Shown: positions 22,401 to 37,400 of the stretch, piece by piece
How positions within the stretch are numbered: the first letter of the stretch is position 1
Layout: every line of letters starts with the position of its first letter
Source of the DNA: Nemertoderma westbladi
Lineage: Eukaryota > Animalia > Xenacoelomorpha
NCBI GenBank assembly: GCA_032718475.1
Contig: JAUCBJ010005854.1
Coordinates: 1-64,000 of the forward strand
Direction: 5' to 3'
DNA length: 64,000 nucleotides
Notes under the pieces: model-generated
The model's input: the letters and a program-made list of their open reading frames with translations, nothing else
The model's database searches: none
What the model was told of the DNA's origin: nothing
Program-made: the position numbers and the translations under genes

Positions 22401-25400
22401 AATAAATTAAAATTAAAATTAAAATTAAAATAATACAATAGTAAAAGATTGCTTTTACTAAAATACTAGAATAATGGATAAAAATAGATACAGCTTGATA
22501 ATTTATAATTATATACACGTATTAGTAAATAAACTATAGAAAACTATAATAAGCACTGGTTCCTCATTATGGTAAAACAAGACAAACATTCTGTGTTCCG
22601 ATAATCACAGCCGACAACATTTGCATTAATTTATCTATTGAGGGAAAGGAACAGGTTACAGCAGTGGTAGACTATTCTAACCAAAATAATAAACGAGAGC
22701 ACATGCTTCCGTCTCAATTGTGTTGTCGTCGGTTATCGGCATAGCGTTTACATCCAGTTCACTTTCACCAGGACTATAATAATCGTACTGGAACCGTTGT
22801 ACGGGTCAGAGTAAAACGCGGATCCGGATCAGGATCCGGATTCTATCATTTAACATTGTCCCTATGGAAGTCGACTGAATTTACATTTTTAGGGTGTAAT
22901 CTGCGGATCCGTGCACTGCTAAATTTACCGAATCCGTAACCGAGTGTAAAATGCGGATTGGCCTTTTTTTCAGATCCGGAACGGAGTGTAAAGCGCGGAT
23001 TCATGTTTTAGGCTAAATCCTGAACGGAGTGTAAAACGCGGATTCATTTTTCTACTGAATCCGGGATTGGGTGTAAAATACGGATTCAGGTTTATTACAA
23101 AGTTTTATTAAATCCGGGAAGGGGTGTAAAATGCGGATTCAAGTTAATTACCATGTTTTATTGGATCCGGAATGGAGTGTAAAACGCGGATTCTATCTAG
23201 TTAATTACCAAGTTTTGTTGGATCCGGAATGGAGTGTAAAACACGGATTTACGTTAATTATCAAGTTTTATTGGATCCGGAATGGAGTGTAAAACATGGA
23301 TTTACGTTAATTACCAAGTTTTATTGGATCCGGAATGGAGTGTAAAATACGGATTTACGTTAATTACCAAGTTTTATTGGATCCGGAATGGAGTGTAAAA
23401 CACGGATTTACGTTAATTATCAAGTTTTATTGGATCCGGAATGGAGTGTAAAACACGGATTTACGTTAATTACCAAGTTTTATTGGATCCGGAATGGAGT
23501 GTAAAACACGGATTTTCGTTAATTATCAAGTTTTATTGGATCCGGAATGGAGTGTAAAACACGGATTTACGTTAATTACCAAGTTTTATTGGATCCGGAA
23601 TGGAGTGTAAAATACGGATTTACGTTAATTACCAAGTTTTATTGGATCCGGAATGGAGTGTAAAACACGGATTTACGTTAATTACCAAGTTTTATTGGAT
23701 CCGGAATGGAGTGTAAAACACGGATTTACGTTAATTACCAAGTTTTATTGGATCTGGAATGGAGTGTAAAATACGGATTTACGTTAATTACCAAGTTTTA
23801 TTGGATCCGGAATGGAGTGTAAAACACGGATTTTCGTTAATTACCAAGTTTAGTTGGATCCGGAATGGAGTGTAAAATACGGATTTACGTTAATTACCAA
23901 GTTTTATTGGATCCGGAATGGAGTGTAAAACACGGATTTACGTTAATTACCAAGTTTTATTGGATCCGGAATGGAGTGTAAAACACGGATTTACGTTAAT
24001 TACCAAGTTTTATTGGATCCGGAATGGAGTGTAAAACACGGATTTACGTTAATTATCAAGTTTTATTGGATCCGGAATGGAGTGTAAAACACGGATTTAC
24101 GTTAATTACCAAGTTTTATTGGATCCGGAATGGAGTGTAAAACACGGATTTACGTTAATTACCAAGTTTTATTGGATCCGGAATGGAGTGTAAAACACGG
24201 ATTTACGTTAATTACCAAGTTTTATTGGATCCGGAATGGAGTGTAAAACACGGATTTACGTTAATTATAAGTTTTATTGGATCCGGAATGGAGTGTAAAA
24301 CACGGATTTACGTTAATTATCAAGTTTTATTGGATCCGGAATGGAGTGTAAAACACGGATTTACGTTAATTACCAAGGTTTATTGGATCCGGAATGGAGT
24401 GTAAAATACGGATTTACGTTAATTACCAAGTTTTATTGGATCCGGAATGGAGTGTAAAACACGGATTTAAGTTAATTATCAAGTTTTATTGGATCCGGAA
24501 TGGAGTGTAAAACACGGATTTACGTTAATTACCAAGTTTTGTTGGATCCGGAATGGAGTGTAAAACACGGATTTACGTTAATTACCAAGTTTTATTGGAT
24601 CCGGAATGGAGTGTAAAACACGGATTTACGTTAATTACGAAGTTTTATTGGATCCGGAACGGAGTGTAAAACACGGATTTATGTTAATTACCAAGTTTTA
24701 TTGGATCCGGGAAGGGGTGTAAAACGCGGATTCAAGTTAATTAGTAAGTTTTAATGATCAATTTGTAAAACGCGGATTCAAGTTAATTAGTAAGTTTTAA
24801 TGAACAATATTTAAAACGCATATGCAATAAAGACCCAGACCCTCATCTAGTTGCAATTATTAATTAGTGCAATGTTTATTGTTCTTTAGTAACTTTTCTT
24901 GGCTTGCTGACTTTCCTGGTTTTTTTCTTCTCCGGACTCGGGGTGCACGATGTTTGCGTAGTAAGTTCAAGCGGCTCAACAATGGCTGTATCATTGGTTG
25001 GACTCGGAATAACGAATCCCGTAAATGGAACCTTTACAAAGTCATCACTTTCATCCATGTTTAATAAGAAATTAAATAAGAAATTATACTGAACAGTTCA
25101 GCCTCCATAAATTACGAAGGCAGCACGCTTGCAAGGCCTTAAATAGAGTACGCTATGATGCAGTACAAACTACCGCCAGCTAGGCAGAACATTGATTCTT
25201 GTTTGTAAGGGAGGTTGGGATGGATAAGCCAATCAGGGAACAGGACAATAATCCTACCATACAATTGTCTACAGAGCCGCTCTACCAGAGAGGTCACGTT
25301 CCCACGGTAGTAGTTTTTCAGCTAATCAATATCTAATAATGTCTGACGGCCAAACATCACCATCGCCCTAATTAATAATTCATTGGGAAGCATTGACCCC

Positions 25401-28400
25401 TATTAAGGTGTCCCCCAGAGCCGGATTAAGCTTATGTGTGGCCCCTAGACATAGACAAATTATTAAGGTGTCTATTAACTATTAAGGTGTCCCCCATTAA
25501 TGTTTGTGTCCCCCATTAATGTTTGTGTCCCTCATTAATGTGTGTCCCTCATTAATAGTTGTGTCCCTCATTAACAAACTCAGTAATTAACGTAAATCCG
25601 CATTTTACACCCCTTCCCGGATCCAGTAACACTTTGTAATTAACCTGAATCAATCTGCGTTTTACACCCCTTCCCGGATCTAGTAACACTTGGTAAATAA
25701 ATTGAATCCGCGTTTTACACCCCTTCCCGGATCCATTAAAACTTGGTAATTAACGAAAATCCGTGTTTTACACTCCATTCCGGATCCAACAAAACTTGGT
25801 ATTTAACGAAAATCCGTGTTTTACACTCCATTCCGGATCCAACAAAACTTGGTAATTAACGAAAATCCGTGTTTTACACTCCTTTCCGGATCCAACAAAA
25901 CTTGGTAATTAACGAAAATCCGTGTTTTACACTCCATTCCGGATCCAACAAAACTTGGTAATTAACGAAAATCCGTGTTTTACACTCCTTTCCGGATCCA
26001 ACAAAACTTGGTAATTAACGAAAATCCGCGTTTTACACTCCATTCCGGATCCAACAGAATTTGGTAATTAACGAAAATCCGTGTTTTACACTCCATTCCG
26101 GATCCAACAAAACTTGATAATTAACGAAAATCCGTGTTTTACACTCCATTCCGGATCCAACAAAACTTGATAATTAACGAAAATCCGTGTTTTACACTCC
26201 TTTCCGGATCCAACAAAACTTGGTAATTAACGAAAATCCGTGTTTTACACTCCATTCCGGATCCAACAAAACTTGGTAATTAACGAAAATGCGTGTTTTA
26301 CACTCCTTTCCGGATCCAACAAAACTTGGTAATTAACGAAAATCCGCGTTTTACACTCCATTCCGGATCCAACAGAATTTGGTAATTAACGAAAATCCGT
26401 GTTTTACACTCCATTCCGGATCCAACAAAACTTGAAAATTAACGAAAATCCGTGTTTTACACTCCTTTCCGGACCCAACAAAACTTGGTAATTAACGAAA
26501 ATCCGCGTTTTACACTCCATTCCGGATCCAACAAAACTTGATAATTAACGAAAATCCGTGTTTTACACTCCTTTCCGGACCCAACAAAACTTGGTAATTA
26601 ACGAAAATCCGCGTTTTACACTCCATTCCGGATCCAACAAAATTTGGTAATTAACGAAAATCCGTGTTTTACACTCCATTCCGGATCCAACAAAACTTGA
26701 TAATTAACGAAAATCCGTGTTTTACACTCCATTCCGGATTCATTAAAATTTGGTAATTAACGTAAATCCGTATTTTACACTCCATTCCGGATTCACAAAA
26801 TATATGAATCCGCGTTTTACACTGCAATACGGATTGCGTATTTCAGAATCCGCATATTACACTCAGTTACGGATTGTATGTAAATCCGGATCCGCCTTTT
26901 ACACTCGCAAATCCGGGTCCTGATCCGTATCCGGATCCTGAATCCGGATCCGGATCCGCGTTTTACACCTACCCCCGTTGTACCCCGTAGGGTACTAAAG
27001 TACGATATAAATGTGTCTTGAGTAGATACAGCGCCTGATTGGTGGCGCAGGTTCAAATCCTGCTAAAGTCTACATAAATTCCACACATTTGAGTCCCTGG
27101 GCGAGAAGACACTTTAGCTTTATACAAAACTCCAGGTACAATAGGAACATATGGCACATCTAATTCTTTTAATGATTAACCACTGGTTTAATACTATCAA
27201 ACTATGGGTTTTTTATACTATTAAACTATGGGTTTTTTTAATGATTAACCGCAGGTTTAATACTATTAAACTATGGGTTTTTAATGATTAACCACAGGTT
27301 TAACCGTTTAATACTATTAAACTGTGGGTTTTTAATGATTAACCAAAGGTTTAATACTATTAAACTATGGGTTTTTTTATTGATTAACCACAGGTTTAAT
27401 ATTATAAACTATGGGTTTTTGTTCTATAACCAGAGGTTTAAAATAATTGAAGCTTCGGTAAATGACGATTATTTATCCAAATTTACCACCGGTTGTTGAA
27501 CCGCCAGTTGAACTGAAAATTAAACCCCCAGTTTTCTTAGAAATAAAACTGCCGGTTTCGCAAAAAACCCCCGATGAATTTGGTTGCAGAGTTAACCGGG
27601 GTTTTTTTTGCGTAAACCGGCAGTTTTTTTTAAAATAACCCGGGTTGTGTTTTTTCAGTGTACTGAGTCAGTAAAGTGTGTGCTGGGGCCCTGGATCTCT
27701 AAGTGCGCCCGTATTACAAGTAGTCCAGTTCGCACTAACCTTTCCGGTATTTATATATGTTGATGACTTTACTTCCACTGTAATGCTTTTGGTCGTTGGT
27801 GTCCCCGACCTTTACTGTGAGTGTCGAGGTGCCTGTTAATGAAGGACTCCCTTTGTCGTTTATTCGGACGTCCAGTTTATAAGAATCCAACATTCTATCA
27901 TCCACTGTCTCTTCTCGGTCCAACGAAGCTCGTGTGTTAAGGGTAGCCGTTCCATCTGGAAAAATAGAGTAGGACACTTTCTTTAACAACGGAGAAAAAT
28001 AATAAGACGATCTCCATCATGCCACAACCGGTTATGGGGTGTTTTTTCAGCAGAACACTGTGTAGCAAGGGATCATCGGAGAAGAATTATCATTATAGAT
28101 TAAGTGGAGGGTCGTAACATGCCACACAGAATCATAGAGTTGAAACAAACTAAAGTGGAAAAAGGTTTGACTCATTGTTGGAGGTTGGTATCTTTATAGA
28201 CCCCAACTGTATACCGGTAGTATAGCTAACCTCTGTTATCTTTCAGCGAGAATTTATCCGTGTGTGTGAGCAGCGCGAATGGGAATGGACAAATGTAGCT
28301 GTTGGATGTAGAGGAAGCAGCGCCCCCAGCCGGCGTCTCGGAGCACCCGTTGGTTATCGGATGATCAAAATCCACGGCGCTAACCAGACTCGCTGAAAAA

Positions 28401-31400
28401 TAATATTATTGGTGTTATCGATATCCCAGGCGGTCGGCAGCTCCAAACCAAAACCCAGTAAGTACATTTTTTGACTTTTCGAGATAATCGCGTTTAAAGT
28501 TTTTGGACTTTAAACAGCTGGCATTTGGTTAAAACTTAATTTGATGAGTTATAATAATTTTGTGTACCTCTACAAATTGTACATATATATTAGTGCCAAA
28601 ACTTTTCTTATAAATCGACTTACACGGTTTTGGTCTGGTAGAAAAGAAAACAATTGTGAATTTTGATGCATCAATACACAGTAACGTCATGATTCCCATT
28701 TCAAAACACAGTAACTAATTTGCCCACACCAAAACCCAGTAAACTAACATTTTAACTTTTCCAATCAGTTACCTTTCCCACACCAAAACCCAGTAAACTA
28801 ACATTTTAACTTTTCCAATCAGTTACCTTTCCCACACCAAAACCCAGTAAACTAACATTTAACTTTTCCAATCAGTTACCTTTCCCATGCCAAAACCAAG
28901 TAACTGACAAGTCCCTTCGCCAAAACCCAGTAACTTTGACTTCCTTCGCCAACGGTTAGCGAAAACAAAGAGGCAACATTCTAGAATATAATATTCTAGA
29001 ACATTTAATTATTTGTCATAGTATCTGCATTCGGGAAATCCCACGTCAAAACCCAGTATATCAAACTGCTAGAAACCCAGTAACTCTGTTTACTGGGTTT
29101 TGACGTGGTAAATCTGACATTGACAATATACATACTGGGTTTTAACTTGGACAATTTGTCTTTCGGAAACGATACTCGATTTTGTTCAGAAAATACCAGG
29201 TGAAAACACAGTAAAGAATTTTGCTCGAAACCCAGTAAAGTGCAGTTACTGGGTTTTGGCGTAGGATTTTGGGATTTTTGAACATAAACTGGGTTTTGAT
29301 GGAGTAACTTTTTCAAAATAACACCAGAAAGGATAAACGAAACCCAGTAACTAGCATTACTGTGTTTCGACGTGGTATTTGGCTATTTGCTCTAAATTAG
29401 CTAATTAGTTAATTAATTAATTGTTAATACTGCGAAATCGGTTAGTGCTATGGTTTCGAAACTGAGTCAGATGAATTCTACGCCCCCAAAAACCCCAAAA
29501 ATCGAAACACACTGGGTTTTGGTGTGGAGCTGCCGCGGTGCTGAATGCTCCATTTAAACTTACTTGGGCTCCCAGACGGTGCTATATGCTCCATTTAAAC
29601 TTACTTTGGCTCCCAGAAGGTGCTGTATGCTCCATTTAAACTTACTTTGGCTCCCAGAAGGTGCTGTATGCTCCATTTAAACTTACTTTGGCTCCCAGAC
29701 GGCGCTGCATGTTCCATTTAAACTTACTTGGGCTCCCAGACGGCGCTGTATGTTCCAAAAATTCGAAGTTATAAAACTGATCAAAAGTCGGATAGTTGTC
29801 ATTAATATCATCTATGATCACCTTGAACGAAGATTTTCCAAATTGCGTTGGATTTCCTGAAACATTTACAAAGAGAAATGGAGTCAGTTCAACCAACCAA
29901 TAAATCAGGTATGTGTGCAGGGTGCAAACCATACCATGGCCGCCCGAACGAGTGAGTCAGAAGCATATATTATTGTCCTTCGACATACATTATACGACGT
30001 CCATTTGGGATCATCATTGCCGACTTTGCAAAGCTGTGCCCAACAAAAGTTATAATAATATGAAACCACTCACCCAAAACACCAATAATAAATTATACCT
30101 TTTGACACACCAAAAAAATTGAAAACGGTCCTGTAGTATAATTATCTCCATAATGACATGCTTCCGGAAAATAAGATTATCTCAAATTAATCCCTCTTTC
30201 CCTTTCCCGCTAATTAAAAATCACGTTAAGATTTGATGTCGCCCTACAATAAGTTGTTGCGTCTCCAACTACAATAATTCCAACATAATACCAACACGGA
30301 GAAAGGAAGTCAGGAAGATACCGGAAATTCGATGTAAAACAAGTTGCGGACAACAAATAGCTAAGCTAGACGAGGTTATCGGAGCCAATAAACTCACCGG
30401 TGTCTATGGCGAGTATAACAAGCTCCTGAGTCCGCGTTGTGTTCCTATAATCCTCCTGGCCCGCGGGTAACATCTCCCTGTCTAATCGTTTACGCGTCCG
30501 AACTATACCCTTCCAAGGGGACGAGGGACTCGGGACCACCTCGTACATATTCTGTACGTCCGAGTCGTATGCAATCCTAAAACTGAGATCAAAAAAGATT
30601 TAAAATTAATGAACGCAGCCTCTTATAATAGGGAAGGGGATAGCTTGTTTTTGAAAATATAAATTTGAGGCAGTTTTTCCCTCAATGAGGTCATTTTATA
30701 TGAAATTTCCCAAGGCCGAAATTAATCTAACACTTAGGAGCCTATAATTAATTAACTAATTAATACAATATTAATTAATATAACCAATTAATTATTAATT
30801 AAATTAATACTTACTTAATCCTTTGTTGCCCCCCTTCGTCTATATCGCGAGCTTCTACCTCCCCTAGAACTGTACCCGGTGCTACATTCTCAAATACTAC
30901 CTGAAATACAAAAAAATTAAATAACTTATCAATTTCGCAGTTCTTTTTAACCCTTAAACTGCGGTGACAATTTTTCTAAAACGCCATCTCCACTTGGTGA
31001 AAACTCAAATATGAGTTTTGCGATTGTTAGTTCTACTTGGTGGGAATTATTGATGAAATCTATTCTGACTTGGTGAAAACTCATATGAGTTACAGTTAAA
31101 CCGGTCTGACTTAGTTCCAACTCACACATGAGTTTCGGCTATACTATTGTTTATCAGCTGTCAGAAAGGAAGCATTGACTTATATGTCGACGACAATTAA
31201 TAGGCCCATTGTATTGGGCAGTTGATAAGCTTTATAACAGTAGTTGAATCGGCACCAGACGATTACTGCATGCTAAATAAACTACGCGGTAGTATGTATT
31301 CCAAACTGATATAATTCCGCATTCAATTCATAACTTTACATAACAATTTTTAAACTTTATCAAGTAGAAGAAAAACTCTCACCAAGGAGGAATAACAGAA

Positions 31401-34400
31401 AAATATAACCTCTACCAAGTCAGGACGATTGCTGCTCATAAACTCAGTTATGAGTTTTCACCAAGTCAAACGCTTCTTCTTAAAAAAGACCCACCAAGTG
31501 GCAATAGTCTTGCGAGAACTCATATTTGAGTTTTCATCAAGTAAGACACATCCATTAAAAAAATCCACACCCAGTGGAATTGGAACTGCCAAAACTCATA
31601 TGAGTTTTCACCAGTTTAAGGGTTAATGATCATCGGCACTTCAGACTAGTGTTACAACGGGATCGGGATCCACAATTTTCGGGCTTCGGTATCAGGATTG
31701 CAACTGTCGGGATCCCGATTTTCGGGATCGTGATAAATTTTATTGCGGCCATACTCATCCAAAACTTTAAGTAGCTCTCTGCCCTGCCCTCTTTGTAGGA
31801 GTAATATATATCTTTCGAGAATTCTCATGTACTAAAAAATTGTCCACGTCTTTTTTTCAAATTGTTCACAGACGTAGTTTATTTCCCACGTACGTATCAT
31901 TTTCCCTTAAGTTTTTAATATAATTTCTGCAACATTTTTAATACTACTGCAGTCTGACTGAATCGCTGCAACAATTCTATAATATAATCGGCCTGCTGCA
32001 TTGAAGCGGCTACATTGAGATGCTGTGCTGGGTCAGAGTAAAACGCGGATCCGGATCAGGATCCGGATTCTATCATTTAACATTGTCCCTATGGAATCAA
32101 ATCCGTAACCGAGTGTAAAACGCGGATTGACCTTTTTTCAGATCCTGAACGGAGTGTAAAACGCGGATTAACCTTTTTTTCAGATCCTGAACGGGTCTAA
32201 AACGCGGACTCATATTTCTAATGAATCCGGGATTGGGTGTAAAATACGGATTCAGGTTAATTACAAAGTGTTAATGGATCCGGGAAGGGGTGTAAAACGG
32301 GGATTCAAGTTAATTTGCCAAGTTTTATCTAATACCTTGACAGACAGAACACTGGACAGACAGAAAAACAGATAGACAGACATAGTATTAGTTTTTGTTA
32401 AAAGTAAAAACTGACGGGGGAAATGAAATCACTAACCAGGATAACCGCGCCATATCAAAACTTTTAGCTTGGTTGAATTCTTTCCTTATATTTTGACAGA
32501 CGGGCATACTGATAAACCGACAGACAGACGTAATAGACTTCGCTAAATATGAAACTGCCATCGGAAATAAAATCGGCGACCAGGAAAACTACAACAAAAG
32601 GTATTAGCTTCGTCGTATGATGTGACTGCGGTGAAGATGGAGTGGTTGAAATAACTGGAAGGTGAAGTTGTTGTTGGAACTGGGGTTGGTATGGTCGTGG
32701 ATGTGGGATGGTATGTATGGGCGACGAACCAAATGGAGCAGATATTCCACCGGACCTTGAAGATTTAGATATTCTGAACATAAATATACTATAGGTCCAG
32801 CTATTAGACGAGATGTTGCTGAAATGGATGTTACTTCAATCCCAGAAGTTGATACTAGTAATTCTAGAAAGAGACGTGCCGATTCCGCGGTCAGCTCCTG
32901 CAGTCGTAACAGTAGTATTGATGATCCTGACTTTACCGATTGGTCGGCATCTGAAGATTCCGACAATGAACATGCAAGCAAATCTACTAAAAAAAAGCGA
33001 TGCCGTTCCTATATGAGTGCTGATAACCTCCACAGGCACGTTACCAAGGAGCTGTCAGAGATGAAGAGCGTTTATGATTTTCAAGATTTCAAATGCTGTA
33101 TCAGGAAAGCTGCTAATTAGAAATCGGAAATAAAGACAATGTCACGTGATGACTTTCCAGATTGGAAAGATGAAACGTCGAAGGCGAAGCTTAAATCAAG
33201 TCGATTTCCCTTACTTGAAATCTATTGGATAGCCTTGCGGTTCGAAAAGGGTAGTAAGTTGATCCAGTTTAAGAAGGACCAAGAACCAATACGTCGTCTA
33301 GGACCAATAATGCTTAATAATAAATACCTTTACTTTTTGTATTTATTTGGGAAGGAATTAATTTTAGTCACCTCATCATTCATCATTTTGACTTCTTGTT
33401 GACATGGCAATACACCCCAACTCCAGCAAGCTCTAAACTAATAATACGTGATACAAAATGCTCTACAAAACATTCTGGCAGAACAAAAAATCACTGTTTT
33501 ATACTAGTTTCTATGAAACCAGAACCATTGGTTAAACACCCTATCTCGAACAAATCAGCTTACATTGAATGGCAAAACACCCTAATAATTTTATTTCATC
33601 AGTTTTAATCCCATTTTCGTCATTACTCACCATCTATTATATTAAAAAATTCGAAGTTGGCGTGTTAAGTTTCCTTAGGACCCATTAGCAGCGGTTTCTC
33701 ACAATGTTTTGTATGCTTAAACAGGGGAAACGCGTTTTGGTTAATTTCTCAAATTGTGTTTTTTTTAGGATAGGGTGCATTGGCAGACAAAACAATGGCA
33801 GACCACTAGAATGCATCACCGACCGGTGTCGTACAAAATCGCTTAAAAAATGACCAGTTTTACGATGTCCGGCAAGTCTCATATGTTCAATGTTGTGCAC
33901 GCAGGGTAGTGCTGGGTTTCAGAAATTGTCAATAACTGCCGAGAATGCTTAACAAAGACAGTTTACTGGAGATTTTATTATACAAACATTATATTAAATA
34001 ACAAAATAATAATTACTATCATATTCTAATTAGTCAATATAACACAACTTACCTGGCTCCATTGAACTGGTACTTTAAACTTTGGGACCTCGTCATTAGA
34101 GTCGATGACTCGGATCGTTAAGGGAACCTCGCTCCTGAGTCCCGGGGGTCTGGAACCTTGGACGGAGCTATCGGTGACCTCCATGGTCAAGTCGAAAGAT
34201 CGGATCTGATGAAAAAAAAAATAATACATTAATAATAATTAAGAAATATTTAGTTGTATATATAGTTTGGTGCAAAATGGATAGTGTGTGTTAATGGTGA
34301 AATAAAAAGTATATATTTTTGAAAAATGTTCATGTTATTCTTTGTACAAGTTTTATTGTGAACCCTAATAATGTTGTGGGGCGAGCCACGCAGTTAGGGC

Positions 34401-37400
34401 GAGCCTTTAGCGCACGATTATAATTAGTAAATAGCGCGAAATTTAATGTCCGTCTGTCTGTCTGTGTGTCTGTACGCCTGTAATTAAATATTCATTCGTA
34501 AATAACTTTTAAAGATTTTAACCATTTTCAACCAAATTTTGTATGGGCATTCTAGAGAAAATGTTCCTATATTTTTGAAAATTACGGGCAAATACCTCTC
34601 GATGTTTTGACCCCAGAGTCCAGATTAAATCGAACTTGTTTCGAACTTACTCAAGTTCGCGTGCTGCGCTACGCCCCACGAACGTGTACTACACTTATAC
34701 TTACCATATTCCTATTTGAGGGATTCGCATATTCTACTCCTGGAATCACATCATCAAACTGCAAAGAACTCTTGAGTCTTAGAATACCGGTTCCAGTGTT
34801 ACTCACTGTTACATCAAAGTAATCACTATTTGTTCCTATAGAAAGCAATAAGGATACCATTGCATATATTTGTAACTTCACAAGTGGGTTGTTTGCACTT
34901 GGTACAGTATATAGAAAAATATAAAAAAACATTGCGAAACTTCCGGCGAAACCAACCCATAATCAGCTGATTGACTGATCCGTGATGGCCTGTTGTTAAG
35001 GTTATATTAGTAGCTTTACATGAAATACAATAATTATAACTAATACCTCTGAGCTGGATTTCGTTTCTGTTGGAGTTTGGAAGATCCCCATCGAGAATTC
35101 TAAAGGTGTAGAAGGATTCGCTGATCTCCGTATCTTCTGGGACTTCCACGTTGTAACTCGACTGCACAAACTCGGGGTATTTGTCGTTGATATCATCGAT
35201 CTAAAAATAAACGAGTTTATGCAACAAGTGCAGTGCTCGTAGAGTAAGAGTATACCGGTACACGTGACACTGAAGGCCACAGCAATCAATGAGCCTTACC
35301 GCGAACTTAACTTAAACTTAAATTTGAGGACACAAGGGAAACAATGGTAACTTTTATTCCTAAAATGCGGATTTTTATCATTACATTCCTAAAATAGCTG
35401 ACTTTACTTACTATATTGATGAGATTTTCCTATTGATGACATGGTGACATGGTTGCTATCTGTATCACAAGTCAGCACTACACACAACGTGTTACATTTC
35501 TGCAGTTTGAATTACCAAACGAAATTTGGAATTCACAGCGAGCAAGGGGGGTAAAATTAAATTTTGTGATTTTGTGGTATAAAATTACGTATTTTCTTGA
35601 ACAAAAAATATATTCACCATACCATTATGACCCCTAGACCTCGCTCCCTAGGTAAATTATTTATACGTCTGGGGGTCAGGAGGAAAAAAGCTAAGGTTTT
35701 CCATGCAACAAATTGTTATAAATTACTATTACAATCATGTGCCCCCCTCCTCCTCCCTTGGCGTGTAGTGGTTAAATCCGTTGCCTTTAATTCACATCTC
35801 TCCAGTGGTCGTGAGTTCGATCCCAGCATGGGGGCGAGGGGATTTTTCATTTGGGCACGAATGCTTTAAAGTGACTATAGCCGGGGGTCATACGTGCCTT
35901 ACAACCAAATGTTAGCTAAATGAGTACCAGTTTACACTGGGGAGTATAGTTCTGGGGGGAGCGCGCCCTCTCTAACGTGCATCTTGATCTACTGACTCAC
36001 CCTTATAGTGGCCGTACCGGTACCAGACAAGTTAGCCTGATCCGTAGCCACAACAGTAACAATGTATCTGTCCACAGTCTCCCGATCCAACTCGGCGTTG
36101 GTCGTTGTAATTAACCCGACGTTATTGATTAGAAACAAATTCGAATAGTCCACAATCTAAAAACGTTATGTCATTATCAACTAAATTTGGACAAAATAAC
36201 AGTTATTTCCACATTGGAAAAAGTAAAATTTTTAAAATAAAATATTATTTTCATATTAAGATAGACTAACAATATATTTAGGATGTAGGGAGGCGCTATC
36301 GCACATCCTGGGGTAAAGTTCATTTCAAGTAAAATCAGTTTACAAATAACTCAGGTTGTTCTCACGAAAAGTGGCCGAGATTTGGTTAAAAAGGTTAATT
36401 GTTTTTTACCAAACTATATATATACCGATAGGACGATTTAAAATTTAATATTGGTTCGTATTTATCTATCTACACAAATCGGGATTCCGGCAATTAATGA
36501 TGTAATCCCGGTACCGATCCCGAATTTTTGGAACGGGATCCCGAAGTACAAATAGTAGATTTGTTGAATATCCGATGAATAGTTAAACCACAGCAGAAAT
36601 GTATTGATTATGATGAGTTTGTATGTCAGTAAACTATCAATCAGCAGTTCCAAATAGAGCGATATAAAGTTGCCAAAAACCCGTTTCATACACAACGCCA
36701 CATATTTGTAACACTTTAAAGAATTTCCCGCAAAACCTGAAATGTCTGACCCCATTTAGTACATCACACACAGTCGTGAAATTAAATTTGTTAAAAACAA
36801 ACTTCACCATGTAAAATCATGTCCCTAATACTTGTTAGCCAATCAGAATCCAGGATTTGATCTCAAAAAAGTATAGCAGAAATGCAATAGTCCACAAATA
36901 TTAACTTTTTAGGGGTTATTTTAGGGGTTATGCCTTCCTTAGGCTAACAAAGCCAAACATTCAAAAATATTTCAATGGAACATTTAAAAAAACCAAAGCA
37001 TGAATTTTCGTAATTTGTAATGATGCGAAACTCCAGAATGTTAATATTGGAAGACAATTTGATAAAATATGATCCATTTTCGGCACCTCAGATTGGTATG
37101 ATTAGGTTTCATGGAGTTAAACCCATGTCGTGTGGATATAATACGATAGATAGCCTTGTGAATGGATACAACATGGACATTTTTTGACAAAAAGGTCTGG
37201 CCGCACTTTTTGTGAGAACGACCCAACCATAGGCTACAGACTACAGTCAGTGTATAAATGCGGAATAAATATTATACAAGGAGCATTAAATGTAATCATA
37301 CCGTATAACGGAGTGAGTCGCCAGACTCGGAGGTTGTTTCTGGATCGTAGGCACTCATTATCATAACGGAGCGACCACCTGATGATCCTTCGGCAACATT

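Noticed and set aside
35759-35835. tRNA gene
   Set aside because: Has A and B boxes but no convincing cloverleaf, and continues into a SINE-like body; similar B-box fragments at ~27045 and ~44625 are treated as SINE debris.
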